A model generated the notes under the pieces. That model saw nothing but the letters and a program-made list of their open reading frames with translations, was not told the DNA's origin and made no database searches. A DNA stretch of 64,000 nt. Origin: Candidatus Nanohalarchaeota archaeon. GTDB taxonomy: Archaea; Nanohalarchaeota; Nanosalinia; Nanosalinales; Nanosalinaceae. Location: NCBI GenBank assembly GCA_022729235.1, contig JALDAJ010000001.1:640001-704000 (forward strand), read 5' to 3'. Positions 27,190-36,723 of this stretch are shown piece by piece (within the stretch, counting starts at the first letter, position 1; every line of letters begins with the position of its first letter). Both the position numbers and the translations under genes were made by a program.

Positions 27190-28854
27190 CTACTCTTCAA
27201 GGATGTGATCCGGGTCTTCGTCGTTTTCCGAGGCAGAAACTACCTTATCCGGGTTGGAGTAGTATTCGGCGATGATTTTTCCGACGCCGTGAACCGTGTT
27301 CACTCCTCTTTCCTCCATCCATTCAAGCACTCTTTTCTTCTCCTCCAGGTTCTCCTCCAGTTCTTTCCGTGTCATTCCTGTGTGCAGGTTAAGTGTCTCG
27401 AATATCGCCTGTGATTCCTGTTTCTTCTCGACCTCGTCTTCCTTGGATTTCCACTCGTATATCACGTCGGCAGTGACCTCGTTTTCCTTGGTTGTTACCT
27501 CTGCTACTTCCATGCACCGCCGGAAGTTCCTCCGTCTATCTCTAAACATGACAACGTTGACATCGACCGCGTCCACCATCGTCTTCGGGACGTCGATAGG
27601 AGGGTTGACCAGGCGGCGGACGGTCTGCTGTGCGGTATCTGCGTGCAGTGTCGAGTAAACCGAGTGACCTGTGTGCATCGCCTCGAACAGTACTTCCGCC
27701 TGCTGCTTCTTCCTTATCTCTCCTACAAGGATGCGGTCGGGACGCATACGGAGTGCGTTGACGAGCAGGTCAAGCATCGATACGCCTCCTTTACCTTCCG
27801 GGTTGGGTTCTCTTGTCGTAAGTGGAACCCAGTGCAGGAACTCTGGTAGCGAGACCTCTCGGGTATCCTCTATAGAAAGGACGCGCTGGTTCGGTGGGAT
27901 GAAAGGCATCAACACGTTTAGGAGCGAGGTCTTACCTGCTCCGGTACCCCCGGAAACTATCAGGTTGAGCTCATACTGCAGGCACAGCCAGAGAAAGGCT
28001 GCGACATCTCTGCTTATAGTCCCGTTCTCTATGAAATCGGTTATTGTCCACGGGTCCCGCGCGAATTTTCTTATCGTTATAGTGTTTCCCTGGGTTGATA
28101 TAGGATAAAGTGTTGCATTTGTACGGTCGCCCGAGGGAAGGTGTGCGTCCAGAAGCGGGTGCAGTGAGGAGATGTTTTTTCCTACACGCCGACCTATCTC
28201 GGACGCGTAATTGTAAATCTGGTCTTCGTCCTGGAAGGTGACATCGGTCTTCATCCATCCGAGTTCTTTGTGGTATACCCAGGCAGGTTCATCGCTGGAG
28301 TTGATAACTATCTCTTCCAGGTGCTGGTCGTTGAGAAGTATCTCTATGTCTCCCAGCCCAAGCATCTCGTGGATCAGGTTGCCTATAAGTATTTTTTTCG
28401 CTCTTTCCCGGGTCTCTGGAAGCTCTTCCTCGAGCTGTTCCATTGCCTGGTCCCGGAACTTCTTTTTCACGTTCTGAAGCTCTTTCGCGTTTACAAACTC
28501 TTCTGTTGAAAGGTCTACTTCTTTTACAACCTGTTCCTTCAGGTCGCTGAGGACTGCCTCTGTCGCGGTCCGTATCTCTGGTCTCTCAACCTCGTAAATA
28601 AGTACGTAATCCTCTTCGGTTTCACTGATTTCTACGTGGGCAGGGATGCCGTCCGCCTCTACCTTGTACTCCTCTTTAAGCTCTTTTTTACCCGGTCCTT
28701 CTTGCTCTTCTCGCGGTACGTCAATTTCTTCTTCATCTATTCCGGAATCTTCCTGTTCTACAGGTTCTTCTACTATTTCTTCTTCCTGTCCCTCCTCCTC
28801 TTCTTCTTCGACCGGTACCGAGTCTATCTCAACTTCCTCTTCGTCCTCACTCAT
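27190..28854 (-). CDS. Type IV pilus assembly ATPase (CpaF/TadA/VirB11 family)
   Basis: Walker A SGGTGAGKTS, 'IEDTRE', 'LRMRPDRILVGEIR', His box 'MHTGH...TLHA'. Confidence 0.94.
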   Translation of the reverse strand: MSEDEEEVEIDSVPVEEEEEEGQEEEIVEEPVEQEDSGIDEEEIDVPREEQEGPGKKELKEEYKVEADGIPAHVEISETEEDYVLIYEVERPEIRTATEAVLSDLKEQVVKEVDLSTEEFVNAKELQNVKKKFRDQAMEQLEEELPETRERAKKILIGNLIHEMLGLGDIEILLNDQHLEEIVINSSDEPAWVYHKELGWMKTDVTFQDEDQIYNYASEIGRRVGKNISSLHPLLDAHLPSGDRTNATLYPISTQGNTITIRKFARDPWTITDFIENGTISRDVAAFLWLCLQYELNLIVSGGTGAGKTSLLNVLMPFIPPNQRVLSIEDTREVSLPEFLHWVPLTTREPNPEGKGGVSMLDLLVNALRMRPDRILVGEIRKKQQAEVLFEAMHTGHSVYSTLHADTAQQTVRRLVNPPIDVPKTMVDAVDVNVVMFRDRRRNFRRCMEVAEVTTKENEVTADVIYEWKSKEDEVEKKQESQAIFETLNLHTGMTRKELEENLEEKKRVLEWMEERGVNTVHGVGKIIAEYYSNPDKVVSASENDEDPDHILEE

Positions 28855-29743
28855 TTTTCTTCGATTCGAGCCATCTCAGAAGTGTTTCACGGTTTTTACC
28901 GGATTTTTCAAGCGATATTATTTTTTCATAGTTGGGCGAATCCATGTCAACTATCTGCTGCTTTGCCTCGTCTACTGTACCGTTTAAGGCTTTCTTGTAG
29001 CCGTTTGAACCTACAAGGTTTGAAATCTTCTGTGTGAATGACTTGAATAATCCTCTCGCTTCTTTCTGCCCTTTTTCCAGATCTTCAAGTTTGTCCTCCA
29101 CTTCTTTTGCGGTTTCCGCGTGTTTTTCCAGTTTCTTCAGGGCTTTCACTTTTTTCCTTATCTCGTCTTTTTTCTCCTCGAACTCTTCTGCCTTGCTCTC
29201 TGCCTCCTCTATTTTCTCCATCTTGGAGTCTATCTTTGAAAGCAGCTCTATTGAACTTGAGTGAATTTTTTCCTCTTCCTGTTTGTTCTTTTCCAGCCGT
29301 TGCTCCAGTTCTTCTTCCATCTCTTCAAGCTCAACCAGCTGTTCTTTCAGTTCCTCTTCTTTTTTCCTATTATCTTCCAGGTTTTCAGCCAGTTTCTTGA
29401 GTTCCTTTCTTGCTTCCTTGACTTTTTTCTGCCGGGACTTCAGCTCGTTTTCTACATCTTCTGTCTTCTCTTCTACTTCTTCTTTCAGTTCCTCGAGTTT
29501 GTCCTCTGCAGCTTCCTTGTTCTGTTTGGTGTACTTGAGAACCATACCTTTCCGTGCGGAGTAACTTTTCTCTACGAACCCGTTTTCGTCGAGGGCTTTT
29601 GCCCACTCCTTGATTCTTTTCTCTGAGACGCCAAGGTCTTCTGATATCTGGGATACGTTAGCCTTCTGGTTTTCAGCCAGGTAGTTAAGTAGTGTGTCGA
29701 CCCCGGTTTCTATGACCACATTTTCCCATTTATCTTCTGCCAT
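28847..29743 (-). CDS. Winged-helix plus coiled-coil protein associated with the pilus ATPase
   Basis: N-terminal 'IETGVDTLL...SQISEDLGVS...EWAKALDENGFV' wHTH, long K/E coiled coil, overlaps the ATPase start. Confidence 0.75.
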   Translation of the reverse strand: MAEDKWENVVIETGVDTLLNYLAENQKANVSQISEDLGVSEKRIKEWAKALDENGFVEKSYSARKGMVLKYTKQNKEAAEDKLEELKEEVEEKTEDVENELKSRQKKVKEARKELKKLAENLEDNRKKEEELKEQLVELEEMEEELEQRLEKNKQEEEKIHSSSIELLSKIDSKMEKIEEAESKAEEFEEKKDEIRKKVKALKKLEKHAETAKEVEDKLEDLEKGQKEARGLFKSFTQKISNLVGSNGYKKALNGTVDEAKQQIVDMDSPNYEKIISLEKSGKNRETLLRWLESKKNE

Positions 29744-29787
29744 CAGAACATTACTGTTTTAATTTCACTTGGTTTTAAAGACTAGTT

Positions 29788-30732
29788 ATGCTCATAGTTT
29801 TCTCCCACGTACTGGCGTTCTCCGTGCTATTCATTGCTGCTATCTGGGACCTTTACACGACCGATGTCCCGGATTTCCTCGGTGTAATCGGAGTTATCGG
29901 CGGTATATCTCTTCACGGGGCTCATGCGTTTGTTACAGGTTCTATAGACCCTATAATGTGGAGTCTTGGGGCAGGACTTGTTTTCTCTGTATTCGGTTGG
30001 GGAATGTACCTGCTCGGTCTGTGGGGAGGTGCCGACGCGTTTGCGATGAGTGTCCTCGGTTTTGCAGCGCCTTACGGGATAGGAAGTATAAGTGCTCTGC
30101 ACGGCGTTAACCTGTTTGTGAATATAATGATAGTAGGGTTTGTCTACTCCCTGCTTTTCGCGTTCTACCGCGCGCTCAGGTCCGGGACGGTTTTCCGGAA
30201 GACTCTATCCCGGATAAAAGAGGATGAGCGCAAGATATCCGCTGAGATTTTGCTGGGAGCTGTTCTTGCTGTGGCAGCGGAGTTTACAGGGTTGAATGGT
30301 ATTGTTTACTTTACTGCTATCGTGTCCCTGGTCTTCCTCTTCCGCTTCTTGAAAGTTCTTGAGGAGGAAGAGATGAAGTTCGACAAGAGCATAGAAGATA
30401 TTGAACCGGGAGATGTTGTTTCCCTGGAGAACCTGGATATAGGGGTTGCGAGAGAGAAGAACATGACTGGCAGGTATCTGGAGCTACTGAGGGTGAAGTC
30501 TGGCGAAATAGGATTTTCTTCTATAGGTGATAGACTTGAACCGCTTGAGAACAGGATAGGTTACCCGGCGGTCGTGGGTATAACCGAGGACGAAATAGAA
30601 GAGCTAGTGAACGAGGGCGTTGAAAGCGTTGAAGTCCAGACCGGGGCGCGTTTCGTACCTGTATTCCCTGTTGCGTTACTCATCACGAGCGCTTACGGCG
30701 GCGGAATAGTTTTTCTGCTCCAGGTATTCTAG
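29788..30732 (+). CDS. Prepilin peptidase (A24, PibD/FlaK-like)
   Basis: 'AAIWDL...VPD', 'WGGADA' aspartate motifs, C-terminal 'RFVP', multiple TMs. Confidence 0.9.
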   Translation: MLIVFSHVLAFSVLFIAAIWDLYTTDVPDFLGVIGVIGGISLHGAHAFVTGSIDPIMWSLGAGLVFSVFGWGMYLLGLWGGADAFAMSVLGFAAPYGIGSISALHGVNLFVNIMIVGFVYSLLFAFYRALRSGTVFRKTLSRIKEDERKISAEILLGAVLAVAAEFTGLNGIVYFTAIVSLVFLFRFLKVLEEEEMKFDKSIEDIEPGDVVSLENLDIGVAREKNMTGRYLELLRVKSGEIGFSSIGDRLEPLENRIGYPAVVGITEDEIEELVNEGVESVEVQTGARFVPVFPVALLITSAYGGGIVFLLQVF

Positions 30733-32435
30733 CTTATGATAGTTATATCTTCCGATTCTGAGCCAGGCTCTGACATCTCCTGAGCCCGGAGTTTCTGCTC
30801 AAGTTCGTGTATCTTCTCCTGGTTCGAGAGCACGTGCTCCGCCAGGTTGTCAATCTTTCTCTCAAGGGAGGAAAGGTCGGCTCCGCCTGTGTTTTCTTGA
30901 CCGGTCGCGACGGGCTGAGGCAGCTGTTCCTGCCTGTCCGCCCGGTCTTTCAGCTCTTCTACATCTTCGACGCGTCTCTCGACATTGTCTATCTTGGTAT
31001 TGACAAGTTCCTCCATATCTTCAAGCTTCTGGTCGAGTCTCTCGACCTGTGCCTTGAGACGGTTCTCGTTCCTGTTCACACTCTGACCGATTTCCTGTAC
31101 CTTGGAGCTTACCTGTTTCTGACCTTTTTCTGTCTCGTCTCTTATTTTTTCCAGCCTTTTCTCGGTCTGTTTCGCATTTTTTGCTATCTGCGCATCGAGC
31201 TTCTCCAGCTCAGTTTCAAGGTTCTCAACGTAGCCCTGGTTGTTTTTCACGAGTTCGACGATGCGGTCGATACGCTCCGCGAAGTCCTGGTGGCTGCCCT
31301 GTACCTGTTCTAGTACTTCTTCCTGCACAGTTTCTTCCAGGCTACCTATTCTCTGTTCTCCTTCCCTAACTGCACGGTCTACTTCTGAGCCTAGCTGTCT
31401 TAACCTGTCCTCTACTTCGCCGTGTAGTTCTTCAAGCTCCTCGTCTAGGTCCTCTGTCTTGACAGTGTTCTCCAGTCTTCTCTCTATATCCTCCTTGAAT
31501 GCTTCAAGTTGCTGGCTCTCCTGCTCTTCTACATTTCTTTCCAGTTTCTTTAACCGTCTCCTGATATCTCTTACCTGTGTCTGGTCAAGTTTCTGGGATA
31601 GCCCGTCTTTTTCGAGCGAGGCTAGCCGGGACTTTATCGCGTTCAGGTCGAACTGTACTGCCCCGAGGCTTTCCGTGTCTGCGTCAACTTCTCCGGTGTC
31701 TAAGCTGGTTCTTTCGGTGTTGAGTTCTCGCTCAGGTCTGCGGTCCTGGAGCCGTGAGACCTCTGATTCCAGATCTATTATACGGTCTTCAAGTCTTTCC
31801 TCGATACCTCTTGCTCTCTCAACTTTTTTCTCCAGGTTCTCCATTTTTTTGAGAGGTTCATCGAGCTTCTGTATATCTTCCTCGCTGAGTCCTGATTCCT
31901 CGGATCCGGATTTCTCTATCTTTTTCAGCTCTTTCCTGAGCTTCTTCACTTCTTTAGTAACTTTCTTGAGTTGTTTGTAGTTGGATTTGACGGCGTTCTT
32001 GTACTTGCCGCTCATCTCTTCCCCAGAATTTTTTGCGTCTTTACTACTATCCTCCAGCTGTTCTTCCAGGCTCCGGATTCTTTCCTCCAGCTGCTGATCT
32101 CTTTCTGAACTTTCTAAATCAACGCTTTCCCGGATGTCCTTGATCTGCCTGTACAGGTATTCCAGCTTCTCATGTACTTTTCCTTCCTGGTACTCCTCCT
32201 TTATCTGCTCAACCATCTTGAGCCGTTTCTCAAGCTCTTCCTTGGTCATGTAGCTTAGAAGCTCTTCTATCTCCTGGACTTCGTCCTGGAGTGAAAGGGT
32301 CTCCAGTTCAGCCATCAAGTCCTGGTCCTCCAGGTCTTGAACTCTCTCCTCGATTTCGAGTATGCTGTCTTCTATACCCTGTAACTCGTCTTCAAGCTTC
32401 TCCTTACTGATATCCTCTGAGGAGTCTTCTGGCAT
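30729..32435 (-). CDS. Long coiled-coil protein
   Basis: 568 aa of heptad-rich E/K/Q/L sequence, no TM, no Walker motif. Confidence 0.75.
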   Translation of the reverse strand: MPEDSSEDISKEKLEDELQGIEDSILEIEERVQDLEDQDLMAELETLSLQDEVQEIEELLSYMTKEELEKRLKMVEQIKEEYQEGKVHEKLEYLYRQIKDIRESVDLESSERDQQLEERIRSLEEQLEDSSKDAKNSGEEMSGKYKNAVKSNYKQLKKVTKEVKKLRKELKKIEKSGSEESGLSEEDIQKLDEPLKKMENLEKKVERARGIEERLEDRIIDLESEVSRLQDRRPERELNTERTSLDTGEVDADTESLGAVQFDLNAIKSRLASLEKDGLSQKLDQTQVRDIRRRLKKLERNVEEQESQQLEAFKEDIERRLENTVKTEDLDEELEELHGEVEDRLRQLGSEVDRAVREGEQRIGSLEETVQEEVLEQVQGSHQDFAERIDRIVELVKNNQGYVENLETELEKLDAQIAKNAKQTEKRLEKIRDETEKGQKQVSSKVQEIGQSVNRNENRLKAQVERLDQKLEDMEELVNTKIDNVERRVEDVEELKDRADRQEQLPQPVATGQENTGGADLSSLERKIDNLAEHVLSNQEKIHELEQKLRAQEMSEPGSESEDITIIS

Positions 32436-32479
32436 AAATAGAAAATATGATGGCTGGTATAAAAAGCAAGGGAGAAGAG

Positions 32480-32905
32480 TTAGTTCTCTGTGGCTACCTG
32501 GACTTCACCGCATTCGTCGGAAACTACCGAGATACTGTCCCATTCTTCTCCAGGGGTGAACTCTTCGTCGTCAACGTGTATCGTGTCGATTCCGTACTGG
32601 CTGTCAATGTTCCCGTATCCCTGGGCAGGGTCTGCATCATCGTACTGCCATGTAGCTGTCAGGTCTCCTATGCCATCAGGACCAGCGCGTTGTTGTATAG
32701 TAACGTTTTCTGCTTCCTCGCTGCCGTCCAGTATGTCTATGCGGTATTCGGCGCAGTCAGCCAGTCTCTCACCTTCGTCACCGGCGTCTCCCATAGCCTG
32801 TTGCATAACTTCTGGCGCCCACTGTGCGAAAAGGGATGCGATAGCCATCGTGAACGCGATTAAAAGCACGGCAGCGATAAGAGGCGAGATACCTTTTCTC
32901 CTCAT
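32480..32905 (-). CDS. Archaeal type IV pilin (archaellin/pilin N-terminal domain)
   Basis: MRRKG/ISPLIAAVLLIAFTMAIA; Cys pair. Confidence 0.9.
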   Translation of the reverse strand: MRRKGISPLIAAVLLIAFTMAIASLFAQWAPEVMQQAMGDAGDEGERLADCAEYRIDILDGSEEAENVTIQQRAGPDGIGDLTATWQYDDADPAQGYGNIDSQYGIDTIHVDDEEFTPGEEWDSISVVSDECGEVQVATEN

Positions 32906-32910
32906 ACTCT

Positions 32911-33474
32911 TTATTTCAGTACCCTCTTATTTAAAACGTTTCCAAGGAGGAGAGGTTCCGTTCCTGCACCGGTCTCTTGAAACCAGTAAAGCCACAGTGC
33001 GAGGACTACAACTGTCAGTCCCCATCGCCAGAGTGTGCCATGTATAACCTCGAATGATACTATCCCAAGGTGGCTTAGGTAGATAGTGGTGAAGACTCTG
33101 ATAATGTTCGCGAGGAATATCGCCACGAGACCTGATATCATGAACCGGTAGTGTTTTCTCAGGGATGAAGAGGCGAACATGAGTCCTACAAATACGGCTT
33201 TTGACTTCCAGCCCAGGCAGTCCTGTATCATCCTGTAGACTCCGGTGTCCAGGAGGATGAGGATGCCTTCATGTACTGCTTCTACTCCTGCCAGGTTCAG
33301 TAGAAGAGTTATCATCGCTGCGAACCAGACCTGAAGGGAATAAGTGTCGGGATTCAGGTAGATAATCGCCTGGAAAACGATGCCTGCTATCAGGAGCTTT
33401 CCGAGGAATACGGATGTGGAGAAGAGTTTTCTCTGCCGTTTATTCATATCCTCGAGATCGATTTTGATTTCCAT
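32911..33474 (-). CDS. Exosortase/archaeosortase family transpeptidase
   Basis: Cys motif 'QDCLGWKS', 'ANIIRV', 'VIHG' in a multi-TM protein. Confidence 0.82.
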   Translation of the reverse strand: MEIKIDLEDMNKRQRKLFSTSVFLGKLLIAGIVFQAIIYLNPDTYSLQVWFAAMITLLLNLAGVEAVHEGILILLDTGVYRMIQDCLGWKSKAVFVGLMFASSSLRKHYRFMISGLVAIFLANIIRVFTTIYLSHLGIVSFEVIHGTLWRWGLTVVVLALWLYWFQETGAGTEPLLLGNVLNKRVLK

Positions 33475-33475
33475 G

Positions 33476-33925
33476 TCAGACGCTCTGTTTTACAGCTTCT
33501 GGGTTACGGGAGAAATAGGTCTCGGCTACAGTATCAAGGTCTTCTTCACTTTCCTCCGTCAGTTTCTTGATCTTCCGGATGTTCCTGTGCAGGTTCTTGT
33601 ACGCGTGTCTGGCGGAGGCGACCGCGTCTTTCTCGTGAGAGTTGTTCCCTTCCCCAAGTTCTTTCTTTCTTCGTCGGTCCAGGTCTTCCTCTGGTATGAA
33701 CTTGGTCGCACCGAGAGAGGTCGCTACTTTTTCCACTGTTGACGGCATCTTTTCTGTATCACATGCTACAACCACTGGTTTTCCCTCGTCGATGAGAATC
33801 CTGATTATGTCCCGGGGTGGTAGTTCGCGTTCGCTCTTGAGTAGTTTGAGCTCTCCTTCAAGGTTGACCGCTGCAACGGCTGAAGTGTTGCCGGGGTCTA
33901 TCCCTACTATCAGTGGTTCAGGCAT
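33476..33925 (-). CDS. DUF460 family RNase H-like fold protein
   Basis: 'LIVGIDPGNTSAVA', 'GKPVVVACD', 'HEKDAVASA'. Confidence 0.85.
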   Translation of the reverse strand: MPEPLIVGIDPGNTSAVAAVNLEGELKLLKSERELPPRDIIRILIDEGKPVVVACDTEKMPSTVEKVATSLGATKFIPEEDLDRRRKKELGEGNNSHEKDAVASARHAYKNLHRNIRKIKKLTEESEEDLDTVAETYFSRNPEAVKQSV

Positions 33926-36065
33926 TGTAATCCTCCTCCACGAGTTCTCTTATGTTATCCGCGGTTTTCTGTCCTATCCCTTTCACGTCCATGAGTTCTG
34001 TTTTCGATGCTGTAAATACTTTCTCTATACTTCCGAACTCTTCGAGTAACCGTTCTGCTATCTTCGTGTTGACGTCGGGAAGCCCGGCGACCACGAACTC
34101 TTTCATCTCTTCCCGTTTTTTCGGTGCTCTCTCACCTCGTATCGCGAGCTCCCGGTCGTTTTCCTCCTGCTCTCTCTTCGCCAGCGATTTCAGTAGTTCG
34201 GCGGTCTCTTTCTCTGAGGAGCTCCAGAGCAGGGGTACCTGGTACTCGATGCTGATGGAGGATAGAGCTCCCCTTATCGCGTTCGGGTGGACGTTTCTGT
34301 GCCTGTAAAGGTCGTCTCCCTCGATTATCAGCACAGGGTTTTCAAACTGTTTGAGTTCTTCGAGCTGTTTGAACACGCGCTGGTCGAGTATCGAGTCCAC
34401 GAAGTCTTCCGCCGATTTTCTCTCTATAGCTGTTCTGTCCGAAACCAGGAAGTCTCCGACTTCCAGCCGTTTTTTCCTGACTGTGACCTCCATCTTCGAC
34501 AGCTTTTTCGCAACCGAGTTCTCGCGGTCGTCCGCGTAGATGATGAGTCCTTTGTCGCTATCGCTGAACCCGTCCAGCGTCTTCTGTTTCCCACGGTCGC
34601 GGGTCTCGTCCTTGAGTTCCTCCAGGACGCGCTGCATGTTCTTCTTTTTGTGGTGGGAGCTCCAGTAGTTACCCTCGTCGCGCGTGTCTTCCGCTATCAG
34701 GACGTATACCTCGCCTGATTCCTGTCTCCCTGTCCTTCCTGCTCGCTGTATGTCGCGTATGCCGGATGCGACAGGTTCGTAGAATATCACGTAGTCAACT
34801 GCCGGGATGTCGAGTCCCTCCTCTCCTATAGATGTGGAGACCAGGGCGTTGTATTTACCCTGGTCGAACGCTTCAAGCACCTCTATCTGTTTGTTCTGTG
34901 TCATCCCTTTCTCTCCCTGCTGTCCTATAAACATCACCGCGTTATGACCTTCGGTGTTAAGTTCCTCGGATATTTTTTCTGCGGAGGCACGGTACTCTGT
35001 AAACACCATCGCCTTCTCGTCTTCTTCCATCCCGGATAGTATGTCTCTGAGCGCGTCCAGCTTTGGGTGTTCCTCACCTTTCTTTTTCAGGTATTCTATC
35101 ATGCTCCTTGCGCCCTGCATGTCCTCGCTGTTTAGAGCTCGGGAGGCAGCCTTTGAATCATCGGTTTTCAGACCTTCTAGGTAGTCGTAGCACTGGGAGA
35201 CGCCCTGTGTTTCCAGTAACTCGATAGCCTGTGATATCTTCAACGCGGTCGCGACCCGTGAGATCGCCTGGTAGAGTTTGGGATCGTCCTCGGTTGACAG
35301 CTTGGAACTTATCTCGCCCCTCAGTTTCAGCAGGTCTTTCTTGTAGACATTGGAGGTGGAATTGATGACCCCCAGTGATTTCAGGTTTTTCAGCTGTTCT
35401 CGCCTGGCGTTTTCCATCTTCTTTTTTGCTTCCTCGAACCGGTTGTCGAGGGAGACGTGTTTCCAGTTTACCTGTCTGTCCTGGATGTAAGGTTTTACGT
35501 CAGGATCGTCTTCTGTCCGGACTTCAAAGTTATCTATCTCAAGGTTGTCCGCGACATCCATGATCTTCTCCTTGTCGCCGCCGGGTGACGCGGTCAGTGC
35601 GAGTTTTTGTGACCTGAATTTTTCGCTTATGAAGACGTAGCTGTAGTCGCCTGTCGCGCGGTGCGCCTCGTCGAATATGACGAGAGAGAACTCTTCCCGG
35701 GGGATTTCGTTGGCGATTAAATCGTTTTCCACTACCTGTGGTGTGGAGAAGAATACGCGTTTCTCGTCCCATAGCTCGTACCGTTTCTCAGGTCTTGTCT
35801 TTCCGGTTAGTACGGTCATCTCGCTGTTTTCAATCTCGAGGATGTCCTGGAACGTGTCGAGGTGCTGTTCCACGAGAGGTTTTGTTGGTGCGAGAAAGAG
35901 CAGTTTCCCGTCCTCAAGTTTCTGGGAGGCGACCATCGCGGCGATAACTGTTTTTCCCAACCCTGTTGGGAGGACTACGAGTGTGTTCGAGTTAACTGCT
36001 GATGCGGCTATTACTTCTTGATACGTACGGGACTCGAGTTTATCCTGTTTGAGCAGCTGGCTCAT
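33918..36065 (-). CDS. hef: Hef helicase/nuclease (FANCM-like helicase + ERCC4 nuclease + HhH)
   Basis: LPTGLGKT, DEAHRATG, QRAGRTGR, ERCC4 'GDF...ERKS..DF', C-terminal 'VKGIG'. Confidence 0.95.
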   Translation of the reverse strand: MSQLLKQDKLESRTYQEVIAASAVNSNTLVVLPTGLGKTVIAAMVASQKLEDGKLLFLAPTKPLVEQHLDTFQDILEIENSEMTVLTGKTRPEKRYELWDEKRVFFSTPQVVENDLIANEIPREEFSLVIFDEAHRATGDYSYVFISEKFRSQKLALTASPGGDKEKIMDVADNLEIDNFEVRTEDDPDVKPYIQDRQVNWKHVSLDNRFEEAKKKMENARREQLKNLKSLGVINSTSNVYKKDLLKLRGEISSKLSTEDDPKLYQAISRVATALKISQAIELLETQGVSQCYDYLEGLKTDDSKAASRALNSEDMQGARSMIEYLKKKGEEHPKLDALRDILSGMEEDEKAMVFTEYRASAEKISEELNTEGHNAVMFIGQQGEKGMTQNKQIEVLEAFDQGKYNALVSTSIGEEGLDIPAVDYVIFYEPVASGIRDIQRAGRTGRQESGEVYVLIAEDTRDEGNYWSSHHKKKNMQRVLEELKDETRDRGKQKTLDGFSDSDKGLIIYADDRENSVAKKLSKMEVTVRKKRLEVGDFLVSDRTAIERKSAEDFVDSILDQRVFKQLEELKQFENPVLIIEGDDLYRHRNVHPNAIRGALSSISIEYQVPLLWSSSEKETAELLKSLAKREQEENDRELAIRGERAPKKREEMKEFVVAGLPDVNTKIAERLLEEFGSIEKVFTASKTELMDVKGIGQKTADNIRELVEEDYNA

Positions 36066-36085
36066 GTTGGTTTAATTGTCCGCGA

Positions 36086-36210
36086 ATTTTGATAAAATGA
36101 CTATCTATTAGTCGTTTGATAAAACGATTATCAGTGATCGTTTGTTAAAACGGTTCTGTGTTCAATCGTTTGGTAAAGTGGTTATCGGTTAGTTTGGTAA
36201 AACGGTTTAT
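36086..36210. repeat. Five imperfect copies of a quasi-palindromic motif CGTTTGrTAAAACG
   Basis: Cores at 36086, 36113, 36139, 36167, 36191 (spacing 24-28 bp) upstream of hef. Confidence 0.7.
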
Positions 36211-36722
36211 TTTGGTAGCGAGAAGCTGTCCCTGGCTGGTGTTTCCATCATTCTTACGGCGCGGAACGCGATTATCGAGCCTATCACGAATAGACCAGAT
36301 GCCTTGAGAACAGTCTCGTTTACGGGCATATCTGTCTTGACTATTACTGCTGTTACGTATGCTAGGGGGTATATAACGTCGACGGAGGATATCCTGTATG
36401 CTACCTCTGGAGACCATTTGTGGTAGAAGTCCATGTAGCCCACGAAGACTCCCGAGATGATGAGAAGGTATGCGGCGTTTCTTTCGAGTACGGTGTCTAT
36501 CTGTCCTGTTATGAGGAGGTTAGTGCCTGTTGCTATCCAGAGTACAGCGTTTCCTACGGAGGTGTTCCACCCAAGTTTTTCGTTCTCGTGTTTCCCGAAG
36601 TAGAGTTCTATTATAAACCATCCGAGTACCAGTGGTAGAACCGTGGGAAGTATCTCGGGACTGTTTACGGGCGCAAGGGTTATCTCTTCCATCCTTGCAA
36701 TTATCTCCGGGTCCAGTTCCAT
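36207..36722 (-). CDS. Multi-pass membrane protein
   Basis: About five hydrophobic segments; 'ELYFG...LGWNTSVGN'; immediately downstream of the HerA-like ATPase. Confidence 0.75.
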   Translation of the reverse strand: MELDPEIIARMEEITLAPVNSPEILPTVLPLVLGWFIIELYFGKHENEKLGWNTSVGNAVLWIATGTNLLITGQIDTVLERNAAYLLIISGVFVGYMDFYHKWSPEVAYRISSVDVIYPLAYVTAVIVKTDMPVNETVLKASGLFVIGSIIAFRAVRMMETPARDSFSLPK

Positions 36723-36723
36723 A

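Noticed and set aside
30729-32435. Possible SMC/Rad50
   Set aside because: Coiled coil only; no Walker A/B, signature, hinge or zinc-hook motif
32480-32905. Possible archaellin / archaellum operon
   Set aside because: Short pilin-sized protein, two separate TadB/C-like genes and no ArlH/ArlF/ArlG-like genes in the window
36086-36210. Possible CRISPR array
   Set aside because: Units are only 24-28 bp in total with degenerate repeats, no spacer-length unique sequence and no cas genes
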